Positions 1 to 10,844 of a stretch of 64,000 nt of DNA are shown piece after piece. This stretch comes from Eledone cirrhosa (lineage: Eukaryota), in NCBI GenBank assembly GCA_964016885.1, contig OZ024759.1, positions 4,092,001 to 4,156,000 of the forward strand, read 5' to 3'. The translations under genes and the position numbers were made by a program. The notes below the pieces were generated by a model, which searched no databases, had not been told where the DNA came from, and was given only the letters and a program-made list of their open reading frames with translations. How positions within the stretch are numbered: the stretch's first letter is position 1; each line of letters begins with the position of its first letter.

Positions 1-1830
1 CTCTTCCACCAATCAGTGAGTCCCTTAATACTGTCGTGGTCCCTGTCTCTATCTTCCACCAATCAGTGAGTCCCTAAATACTGTTGTGGTCCCTGTCGCT
101 TCTCTTCCACCAATCAGTGAGTCTCTTAATACTGTCGTGGTCCCTGTCTCTATCTTCCACCAATCAGTGAGTCCCTAAATACTGTTGTGGTCCCTGTCTC
201 TTCTCTTCCACCAATCAGTGAGTCCCTTAATACTGTTGTGGTCCCTGTCTCTATCTTCCACCAATCAGTGAGTCCCTAAATACTGTTGTGGTCCCTGTCT
301 CTTCTCTTCCACCAATCAGTGAGTCCCTAAATACTGTTGTGGTCCCTGTCTCTTCTCTTCCACCAATCAGTGAGTCCCTTAATACTGTCGTGGTCCCTGT
401 CTCTTCTCTTCCACCAATCAGTGAGTCCCTAAATACTGTTGTGGTCCCTGTCTCTTCTCTTCCACCAATCAGTGAGTCCCTAAATACTGTTGTGGTCCCT
501 GTCTCTTCTCTTCCACCAATCAGTGAGTCCCTTAATACTGTCGTGGTCCCTGTCTCTTCTCTTCCACCAATCAGTGAGTCTCTTAATACTGTTGTGGTCC
601 CTGTCTCTTCTCTTCCACCAATCAGTGAGTCCCTAAATACTGTTGTGGTCCCTGTCTCTTCTCTTCCACCAATCAGTGAGTCCCTAAATACTATCATTGT
701 CCCTGTCTCTTCTCTTCCACCAATCAGTGAGTCCCTTAATACTGTCGTTGTCCCTGTCTCTTCTCTTCCACCAATCAGTGAGTCTCTTAATACTGTTGTG
801 GTTCCTGTCTCTTCTCTTCCACCAATCAGTGAGTCCCTAAATACTATCATTGTCCCTGTCTCTTCTCTTCCACCAATCAGTGAGTCCCTTAATACTGTCG
901 TTGTCCCTGTCTCTTCTCTTCCACCAATCAGTGAGTCCCTAAATACTGTTGTGGTCCCTGTCTCTTCTCTTCCACCAATCAGTGAGTCCCTTAATACTGT
1001 CGTGGTCCCTGTCTCTATCTTCCACCAATCAGTGAGTCTCTTAATACTGTCGTGGTCCCTGTCTCTTCTCTTACACCAATCAGTGAGTCCCTAAACACTG
1101 TTGTGGTCCCTGTCTCTTCTCTTCCACCAATCAGTGAGTCCCTTAATACTGTTGTGGTCCCTGTCTCTTCTCTTCCACCAATCAGTGAGTCCCTAAATAC
1201 TGTTGTGGTCCCTGTCTCTTCTCTTCCACCAATCAGTGAGTCCCTTAATACTGTTGTGGTCCCTGTCTCTTCTCTTCCACCAATCAGTGAGTCTCTTAAT
1301 ACTGTCGTGGTCCCTGTCTCTTCTCTTACACCAATCAGTGAGTCCCTAAATACTGTTGTGGTCCCTGTCTCGTCTCATCCACCAATCATTGAGTCCCTTA
1401 ATACTGTCATGGTCCCTGTCTCTTCTCTTCCACCAATCAGTGAGTCCCTAAATACTGTCGTGGTCCCTGTCACTTCTCTTCCACCAATCAGTGAGTCCCT
1501 TAATACTGTTGTGGTCCCTGTCTCTTCTCTTCCACCAATCAGTGAGTCCCTTAATACTGTTGTGGTCCCTGTCTCTTCTCTTCCACCAATCAGTGAGTCC
1601 CTAAATACTATCATGGTCCCTGTCTCTTTTCTTCCACCAATCAGTGAGTCCCTTAATACTGTTGTGGTCCCTGTCTCTTCTCTTCCACCAATCAGTGAGT
1701 CCCTAAATACTATCATGGTCCCTGTCTCTTCTTTTCCACCAATCAGTGAGTCCCTTAATACTGTCGTGGTCCCTGTCTCTTCTCTTCCACCAATCAGTGA
1801 GTCCCTAAATACTATCATGGTCCCTGTCCC
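1..1830. repeat. 51-bp minisatellite (~36 copies; runs off the left edge), intronic
   Basis: Unit ctcttccaccaatcagtgagtcccttaatactgtcgtggtccctgtctctt repeated. The ORF track shows 17-aa periodicity (VVVPVSSLPPISESLNT), which reflects the 51-bp unit. Confidence 0.97.
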
Positions 1831-1865
1831 TTCCCTCTCTAAAGGGTAAACAGATAAAAACTTAC

Positions 1866-2003
1866 TTGACTGGCAGCTGTGTCCCCTGTGACCAGGTGAG
1901 CACCTTCCATGGATGCAGATACCATTGTCAGAGTAACATTTGCCATTATTCAGACAGTGGCACTCCTTCACACAGTTGACACCAAACATGCCATGGGCAC
2001 ATC
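1866..2003 (-). CDS. Exon (138 bp, phase 1-1) encoding an EGF-like repeat of a MEGF/PTPR-like receptor
   Basis: Minus strand ttctcag|GA TGT GCC...CAG TCA A|gtaag. Translates GCAHGMFGVNCVKECHCLNNGKCYSDNGICIHGRCSPGHRGHSCQS. Confidence 0.9.
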
Positions 2004-2029
2004 CTGAGAAAACAACTTCAATATGTAAT

Positions 2030-2606
2030 TACTGTATTTCCTGACGCCGAAGACACTTCGTCCTCGAGGACACACCCTAATTCTGACAACCAAAAATTTG
2101 AAAAAAAATAATTGTTTCTACTTTTGGCACAAGGCCAGTAATTATTCCAGTGTATTACTGGTACTTTATTTTATCGACCCCCGTAAGGATGAATGGCAAA
2201 GTTAACCTCGGCGGGATTTGAACTCAGACCATAAAGGGACGTAACTCTTTGCTGCAAAGCATGGCGTCAGACCGATACTGCCAATCCACTGCTCTTTGAA
2301 TTTGAAGAAAAATAATTGTTTCTACTATTGGCACAAGGCCAGCAATCACCCAGTACATTACTGGTACTTTATTTTATCGACTCCGTAAGGATGAAAGGCA
2401 ATGTTAACCTTGGCGGGATTTGAACTCAGAATGGCAAGTGCTGTAACTCTATGCGTCAAAGCATGGCGTCCGACCCTCTACCGATACTGCCAATTCACTG
2501 CCCTTTGAAGAAAAATAATAAACAACTTTCGGCCTCCAGGATGCATGGTAGATTTTTGAGACTTATTTTAGTAAAAGTAGCGTCTTTGACGCCGGGAAAT
2601 ACGGTG
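2030..2606. mobile_element. Tc1/mariner/pogo-like MITE carrying two nested SINE copies
   Basis: Inverted ends tactgtatttcctgacgccgaagac / gtctttgacgccgggaaatacggt. A shorter copy of the same family is at 39453-39591. Confidence 0.7.
2113..2505 (-). mobile_element. Two tandem tRNA-derived SINE copies (family A)
   Basis: Reverse complement of the family-A consensus: gggcggtgaattggcagtatcggtag head, gagttcaaatccc B-box, ctttcatccttacggggtcgataaaataaagtaccag core and tggccttgtgccaaaagtagaaacaa tail. Confidence 0.85.
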
Positions 2607-2779
2607 AGTTTAATTAATTCAAATTTCAGAGTTGTTATCTTTCATCCTTTGAGTGTATCCCATTTACAATAGTAACTCTATAACCCTGCATGTTGTAGAA
2701 AGAGCCTAAAATAGTTTGGCATCAAGAAGGGCATCCAGCAGCAAAATAATGCCTCAATACTATATATCATCATCATCAT

Positions 2780-3170
2780 TGGATGCGCAATGTCAATGTG
2801 CATGAATGAGCAAGCATAGACGAGTTGAGAAAGAAATTGTGTATAATAGGGATAAGCTGTAGTGTGTGGGAGAGAAGACTGCGTTGGTATAGACATATGA
2901 TGTGCATGGAGGATGACTGCTGGGTAAAGAAGTGCCAAGAAATCCCAGTAGAAAGAAGATGCAGTAGAGGAAGACCACGAAAATCATGGACGAAGGTGGT
3001 GAGATCTGACCTCAGATTGCTGAAGCTCATGGAGGAGATGACGAAAGACTGTGATGAATGGAGAGATGCTGTGCTGTATAGGACCCATCCCACCCTTGCA
3101 AGCAGGGAAAAGCGGACGTAAAATGATGATGATGATCATCATCATGGTTATCATCATCATCATCATCATT
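2780..3170 (+). mobile_element. 5'-truncated RTE LINE 3' fragment
   Basis: ORF ...ERRLRWYRHMM...RGRPRKSW... followed by a (GAT)n tail. A related minus-strand copy is at 18400-18790. Confidence 0.85.
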
Positions 3171-3350
3171 GTTTAACATCCATCTTCCACACTAGTCTGG
3201 ATAAGATGGTTTTGTTCCACTTGAGGTGAGATTGGTCTGGAGACTGTGTCTTGCTTGTACAGAACTGTCTTTGGTAGGTTTTTTACCCCTGGAGGCCCTT
3301 CCTAACACCAACCACATTTACAGTGTACATCTTCTGTTTATTACATAATT

Positions 3351-3417
3351 CTGTTATACGTATTTCGAAGATGTCAGAGTGGTTGCATAACTTTCTGACA
3401 TGTTCTCTTCAGACAAG
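3351..3417 (-). ncRNA. Type I hammerhead ribozyme motif
   Basis: Minus strand: ttgt CTGAAGA gaacatgtcaga-[loop]-tctgacatcttc GAAA tacgta TA acag. Intact catalytic core, paired stems I and II, palindromic stem III (ATACGTAT). Confidence 0.75.
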
Positions 3418-3891
3418 TTGAAATTTGTGTTCTTTTATTTTGTTTTTGATATGCTACCAAGGAGTGGGGGTTAGAGTTGTGTTTGCATTCCTGTCCAGTT
3501 GTTATATGGTTTGGATGGCTATTCTAGTAGGCAGATATGAAGCAGGAGGTGCTATTGTTGCTGACATACTAGGGATGCTAAGTAGGTTAAGGTATCAAAT
3601 TACCAGAGGGGTAAGTCATCACCCCACCCCCCGTTCATATATGTTAAAGAATTTGTTCGAATAATCTACTTATTTTTTTGTTTATTTGAACTTTGTTTAT
3701 TTGTTTGAACTACATAGCTATATATCCAGGCTGTGTATTATTAGAGAAGGTGATTCTTGTGTAACTATGTAAGGATGCATTAAATGTATAGATTTAGTCA
3801 TTATGTTCAGCTCTAGGTGGAAGTTAGCATGGAACGTGTTAACTATCTAATCTAAGGAAAGTTTTAGATATTTTATGCATACAAGTATTAA

Positions 3892-4057
3892 CTCTTTAGC
3901 ATTTACATTACTCTGTAATGTATTTTCTCTGTAAAGTCTTTACCTCACATAATAATCTCACATAATATCAAATCCACAAGATTTTGATATTATTTATTTT
4001 GAGAACAATACCTTAACAAAAGTATGAGCAGCCAGTTACGGCTGGTTTGAACAGAAA
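3892..4057 (+). mobile_element. Truncated copy of the TTAA (piggyBac-like) MITE
   Basis: Starts ttaa|ctctttagcatttac; body is homologous to 17324-17544. Confidence 0.7.
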
Positions 4058-4215
4058 AAGCACCACCTACACTCCACTCCCACTATAACCATGACAGCCA
4101 CCTCCACTCCACCACCACCTCCACTCCACTCCCACTATAACCACGACAGCCACCAACACTCCACTCCCACTATAACCATGACAACCACCTACACTCCACC
4201 CCCACCACCACTCAC

Positions 4216-4350
4216 CTTTACAAGTGTTATTCACATCAATATATCCATCTTTACATCCAGTCACACATTTGCCAGTCAATTGATCACATGTCTTTCTGCA
4301 GTTGTTGCACTCTTCTTTACAATTTCTTCCATAGAATCCAGGGAGACATT
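4216..4350 (-). CDS. Exon (135 bp, phase 1-1) encoding an EGF-like repeat
   Basis: ctttctag|AA TGT CTC...TGT AAA G|gtgag. Translates CLPGFYGRNCKEECNNCRKTCDQLTGKCVTGCKDGYIDVNNTCK. Confidence 0.9.
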
Positions 4351-4388
4351 CTAGAAAGACAAACAATCTTAGTCATTATTTCAATCTA

Positions 4389-4768
4389 GGGCAGTGGATT
4401 GGCAGAATCGGTGGAGCATCGAACACCATGCTTTGCGGCATAAAGTTATGGCCCTTTATGATCTGAGTTCCAATCCCGCCGAGGGTAACTTTGCTTTTCA
4501 TCCTTACGGGGTCTTGTGCCTATATAAGGAACCATTATTTTAATCAAGGGCGGTGGATTGGCAGTATCGTTAGAGTGTCGAACACCATGCTTTGCGGTAT
4601 TGAGTTACGACCCTTTCCATTCTGAGTTCAAAACCCGCCAAAGTTAGCTTGGCCTTTCATCCTTACGGGGTCGATAAAATAAAGTACCAGTCACACACTG
4701 GGGTCATTTAAATCGACTTTCCCCCTTCCCTTCAAATTGCTGGCCTTGTGCCAACAGTAGAAACAATT
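4389..4768 (+). mobile_element. Two tandem family-A SINE copies
   Basis: gggcagtggattggcag heads, B-box, tcatccttacgggg core and ...tagaaacaatt tail. Confidence 0.85.
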
Positions 4769-4805
4769 ATTTCAATCTGCACTTTGACAATGCTGTTTAT
4801 TTTAA

Positions 4806-7800
4806 CCCTTTAGCATTTACATTACCCTGTATTTACTATTGTATTTTCATGGTAAAGGCTTTACCTCACATAATTATCTCACGTAGCATTTACATTACTC
4901 TGCATTTACTATTGTATTTTAATGGTAAAGGCTTTACCTCACATAATTATCTCACATAACATTTACATTACCCTGTATTTACTATTGTATTTTCATGGTA
5001 AAGGCTTTACCTCACATAATTATCTCATAACATTTACATTACTCTGTATTTACTATTGTATTTTCATGGTAAAGGCTTTACCTCACATAATTATCTCACA
5101 TAACATTTACATTACCCTGTATTTACTATTGTATTTTCATGGTAAAGGTTTTACCTCACATAATTATCTCATAACATTTAAATTACTCTGTATTTACTAT
5201 TGTATTTTCATGGTAAAGGCTTTACCTCACATAATTATCTCACATAACATTTACATTACCCTGTATTTACTATTGTATTTTCATGGTAAAGGCTTTACCT
5301 CACATAATTATCTCATAACATTTACATTACCCTGTATTTACTATTGTATTTTCATGGTAAAGGCTTTACCTCACATAACATTTACATTACTCTGTATTTA
5401 CTATTGTATTTTCATGGTAAAGGCTTTACCTCACATAATTATCTCACATAACATTTACATTACTCTGTATTTACTATTGTATTTTCATGGTAAAGGCTTT
5501 ACCTCACATAATTATCTCATAACATTTATATTACTCTGTATTTACTATTGTATTTTCATGGTAAAGGCTTTACCTCACATAATTATCTCACATAACATTT
5601 ACATTACCCTGTATTTACTATTGTATTTTCATGGTAAAGGCTTTACCTCACATAATTATCTCACATAACATTTACATTACCCTGTATTTACTATTGTATT
5701 TTCATGGTAAAGGCTTTACCTCACATAATTATCTCATAACATTTACATTACTCTGTATTTACTATTGTATTTTCATGGTAAAGGCTTTACCTCACATAAT
5801 TATCTCACATAACATTTACATTACCCTGTATTTACTATTGTATTTTCATGGTAAAGGCTTTACCTCACATAATTATCTCATAACATTTACATTACTCTGT
5901 ATTTACTATTGTATTTTCATGGTAAAGGCTTTACCTCACATAATTATCTCACATAACATTTACATTACCCTGTATTTACTATTGTATTTTCATGGTAAAG
6001 GCTTTACCTCACATAATTATCTCATAACATTTACATTACCCTGTATTTACTATTGTATTTTCATGGTAAAGGCTTTACCTCACATAATTATCTCACATAA
6101 CATTTACATTACTCTGTATTTACTATTGTATTTTCATGGTAAAGGCTTTATCTCACATAACATTTACATTACTCTGTATTTACTATTGTATTTTCATGTT
6201 AAAGGCTTTACCTCACATAATTCTCATAACATTTACATTACTCTGTATTTACTATTGTATTTTCATGGTAAAGGCTTTACCTCACATAATTATCTCACAT
6301 AACATTTACATTACTCTGTATTTACTATTGTATTTTCATGGTAAAGGCTTTACCTCACATAATTATCTCACATAACATTTACATTACTCTGTATTTACTA
6401 TTGTATTTTCATGGTAAAGGCTTTACCTCACATAATTATCTCACGTAACATTTACATTACCCTGTATTTACTATTGTATTTTCATGGTAAAGGCTTTACC
6501 TCACATAATTATCTCACATAACATTTACATTACTCTGTATTTACTATTGTATTTTCATGGTAAAGGCTTTACCTCACATAATATCTCACATAACATTTAC
6601 ATTACCCTGTATTTACTATTGTATTTTCATGGTAAAGGCTTTACCTCACATAATTATCTCACATAACATTTACATTACCCTGTATTTACTATTGTATTTT
6701 CATGGTAAAGGCTTTACCTCACATAACATTTACATTACTCTGTATTTACTATTGTATTTTCATGGTAAAGGCTTTACCTCACATAACATTTACATTACCC
6801 TGTATTTACTATTGTATTTTCATGGTAAAGGCTTTACCTCACATAATATCTCACATAACATTTACATTACTCTGTATTTACTATTGTATTTTCATGGTAA
6901 AGGCTTTACCTCACATAACATTTACATTACTCTCTATTTACTATTGTATTTTCATGGTAAAGGCTTTACCTCACATAATTATCTCACATAACATTTACAT
7001 TACCCTGTATTTACTATTGTATTTTCATGGTAAAGGCTTTACCTCACATAATTATCTCACATAACATTTACATTACTCTGTATTTACTATTGTATTTTCA
7101 TGGTAAAGGCTTTACCTCACATAATATCTCACATAACATTTACATTACCCTGTATTTACTATTGTATTTTCATGGTAAAGGCTTTACCTCACATAATATC
7201 TCACATAATATTTACATTACCCTGTATTTACTATTGTATTTTCATGGTAAAGGCTTTACCTCACATAATATCTCATAACATTTACATTACTCTGTATTTA
7301 CTATTGTATTTTCATGGTAAAGGCTTTACCTCACATAATTATCTCACATAACATTTACATTACCCTGTATTTACTATTGTATTTTCATGGTAAAGGCTTT
7401 ACCTCACATAATATCTCACATAACATTTACATTACTCTGTATTTACTATTGTATTTTCATGGTAAAGGCTTTACCTCACATAATACCTCACATAACATTT
7501 ACATTACTCTCTATTTACTATTGTATTTTCATGGTAAAGGCTTTACCTCACATAATTATCTCACATAACATTTACCTTACTCTGTATTTACTATTGCATT
7601 TTCATGGTAAAGGCTTTACCTCACATAATTATCTCACATAACATTTACATTACTCTGTATTTACTATTGTATTTTCATGGTAAAGGCTTTACCTCACATA
7701 ATTATCTCACATAATATTGAATCTACAAGATTTTAATATTATTTATTTTGAGAAGAAAACCTTAACATCAGTATGAGTGGCCAGTTGCAGCTGATTTGAA

Positions 7801-7850
7801 CAGAGGTTAGAGAATTCTGGCCGGATATGGCCAGTTTAAATGCTAAAGGG
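4806..7850. mobile_element. piggyBac-like TTAA MITE with an internal ~73-bp satellite expansion (~40 units)
   Basis: TTAA|ccctttagcattta ... taaatgctaaaggg|TTAA ends enclose tandem units cataacatttacattaccctgtatttactattgtattttcatggtaaaggctttacctcacataattatctca, with 60/71/72/73-bp variants. Confidence 0.9.
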
Positions 7851-8224
7851 TTAAACTGTTTACATTCCATTATAATTTCATGTAAGAACCTTTGTTAAGT
7901 TATATTCCAAACCACCTGAACTGCCCCAGGTTCTATGCTACAAAATTGTTTATTCCAAAGCCTTTATATTATCTAAAAATCTTCCATCTAATTTCATGTA
8001 AGAACCTTTGTTAAGTTACATTCCAAACCACCTGAAACTGCCCTTATTCCACTTTAAGTTTACGGTTCATTTCTTTTTCATTTAGAATTGTCTCCTGCAA
8101 GAACATAGATGAAAATGGATGAAAATGCACAAAAATTCAAACTGGTTATAATCAACAAGTAAAATCTTATTCATTTTTTTTTTTTTGGCATGGCATTGGA
8201 AAAGCATCACACTGTCTAAAAACG

Positions 8225-8900
8225 TCTGTCTTAAACCAGAAGGCTTGTTAGGCCAATGCTTATCTCGGTTTCATGGCATGAAGCAACTTGAAGTACAAGA
8301 CACCTTGCTGTGAAGGCACATGTCTTAGTGGTTAGAGCATTGGGTTTGCAATCGAAAGGTTGTGAGTTCAATTCTCGGACCAGGTGATGTGTTGTTTCCT
8401 TGAGCAAGACACTTTATTTCACATTGCTCCAGTTTACTCAGCTGTAGAAATGAAATGATAGGACTGGGGTCCGTATCATTAAATTACCCTAGACACCTCC
8501 AACGAGATATACCTTGGAGGAGGCCAGCTAAACCTGCATATGTGTGAGCTGTAACAACAACAACCTCGCTGGACAGGACACCAGTCCATCACAGTGTTAA
8601 ACCTCCAGCTATTACTGGTACTCATTTTCAGCTATATAATACAATATATTTTTCGTTACGCTGGTGCTTATCTCTGGGAGTACAAGTATCGACTGGGAGT
8701 ACAAGATTCCCCCTGGACAGGACACCAGTCCATCACAGGGTTAAACCTCCAGCTATTACTGGTACTCATTTTCAGCTGAGTATACTGGAGCAATGTGAAG
8801 TGAAGTGTTTTGCTCAAGAACACAACATGTAACCCAGCTCAGGAATCGAACCCATGACATTATGATTCTAAGTCCAACACCCTTACCACTAGGCAATGCA
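8225..8900. mobile_element. CORE-like tRNA SINE (family B) on the minus strand, interrupted by a plus-strand family-B copy (~8314-8460)
   Basis: Core gtgt(t/c)cttgagcaagacactt occurs in both orientations. The tail at 8225-8305 is the reverse complement of 19665-19742. Confidence 0.75.
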
Positions 8901-9139
8901 CCAAACTGTGCAACTCCTAAATATTTTTGTATCTCCTCGTGTTTGTGTTTTTGTAGTTTTTATGTCAAATGAATTCAGAGCATAATCGACATGAGATGAT
9001 TTCAACTAAAACCTGTTTCCCTATAAATATGAAACACCCTAATATATATGTATATATGTTAAAGGTATATTATAAAGAGAAAGGACCTGCTGGCTGAGCT
9101 CTTGCTCTTTATAAAATAGCCATGCTCTACTACCGCGGG

Positions 9140-9400
9140 CTTTGTGTTGTGTTCTTGAGCAAGACACTTTATTTCACGTTGTTCCAGATCACTCAGCTGT
9201 GGAAATGGGTTGCGATGTCACTGGTGCCAAGCTGTATCGGCCATTGCCTTTCCCTTGGACAATATCAGTGGCATAGAGAGGGGAGGCTGTTATGCATGGG
9301 CTACTGCTGGTCTTCTACAAAACAACCTTGCCCAGACTTGTGCCTTGGAGGGGAACTTTCTAGACTCAAATTCTATGGTCATTCGTGACCGAAGGATCTC
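9140..9400 (+). mobile_element. Family-B CORE-like SINE (5' part missing)
   Basis: tgtgttcttgagcaagacactttatttcac core followed by a gatgtcactggtgccaagctgtatc tail also seen at 32400 and 35115. Confidence 0.75.
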
Positions 9401-9519
9401 TTTACCTTTTACCCTTACTAACCCATGTATCGAATACTCTGTTCAGTAATGGTCTAACTAGTTTTAAACTGGTTCTATCCTGATTTATGTTAAAGGTATA
9501 AAGGTATCTATATACTTAT

Positions 9520-9708
9520 GAAAGACCTCCACTTCACACATGCTAAGGCTAGGTCCTGACAGCAGAATTATTGTGATTTTGTTGCCCTTAACAGGACTAG
9601 AACATTGCACATCAATAACTTTTGTCTTCTCTAGATTGGAAATCTTCTCACATATTCTGTGTTTTTTGTCTTTTGATACCAACACTATTATTGAGAATTT
9701 ATTTTGTG
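9520..9708 (-). CDS. Exon (189 bp, phase 1-1): C-terminal half of the F-type-lectin/galactose-binding-like domain; the donor reads ATAAGT
   Basis: tttctgcag|CA CAA AAT...SLSMCEVEVF C|ataagt. LSMCEVEVF is the typical end of F-type lectin domains. Joins in frame to the 4216-4350 exon (…EVFQCLPG…). Confidence 0.8.
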
Positions 9709-10844
9709 CTGCAGAAAAACATGGTAAGAAAGTTAAAACAAAAAACAATTAGCAATGGTATTTGGTGGTGGTGGTAGTGGGGATGGTGGTGAGGAGGAGG
9801 GAGATTTGGGTAAAGTTTAGTCAAAAACTGATTGGCAAACATGGGCTTGGACGAGTGCAAGATTTAGGGCACATGAAGCCCTGTGCTAGTTATGTTATGA
9901 GGCCTCTTACTCGTAAAAAATTCATCATAAAAAATTGTGCCAAATTTAGAATTAACCCTTTAGCATTTAAACCGGTTGTATTCGGCCAGAATTTTCTCAA
10001 CTCTTTCTATTCAAACTGGCTGTAACTGGACACTCATACTTATATTAAGGTATTGTTCTCAAAATAAATAACATCAAAATCTCATAGATTCGATATTATG
10101 TGAGATAATTATGAGGGCGGTGGTTTGGCAGTATCGGTAGAGGGTCGGACGCCATGCTTTGCCGCATAGAGTTACGGCCCTTTATGATTTTAGTTCAATC
10201 CCGCCGAGGTTAACTTTGCCTTTCATCCTTATGGGGTTGATAAAATAAAGTACCAGTCACTCACTAGGGTCGATTTAATCGACGTTCGCCTACCCCAAAA
10301 TTGCTGGCCTTGTGCCTATATAAAAAACCATTATGTGAGATATTATGTGAGGTAAAGCCTTTACTGTGACGATACAATAGTATATATAGAGTAATGTAAA
10401 TGTTATGTGAGGTATTATGTGAGGTAAAGCCTTTACTGTGACAATACAATAGTATATATAGAGTAATGTAAATGTTATGTGAGATATTATGTGAGGTAAA
10501 GCCTTTACTGTGAAAATACAATAGTATATATAGAGTAATGTAAATGTTATGTGAGATATTATGTGAGGTAAAGCCTTTACTGTGAACATACATTAGTATA
10601 TATAGAGTGGTTTCTTTATTTGCCACTAGGGCACAAAAGGTAGGGACAGATACAAGGGGGGATGTTTACATATAATTAACGAGTACAAAAATATAACAAT
10701 GAAATAACAACAACAAACGAAGTCCTCAATAGGGAGGGGGCATTAACATGGGTCGCACACACCCCGGAAAAATGTGCAACCCTTCTCCTCAGGAGCACAA
10801 AGAGTAGGTGATTCCCTCGTCTCCTCTTTTTCCTCTTCTTTCAC

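Noticed and set aside
4922-7641. Repetitive ORFs (MVKALPHII.../HNIYITLY...) here and at 10264-10626 and 16146-16998
   Set aside because: These are translation artefacts of the MITE-internal satellite; frames switch with unit length.
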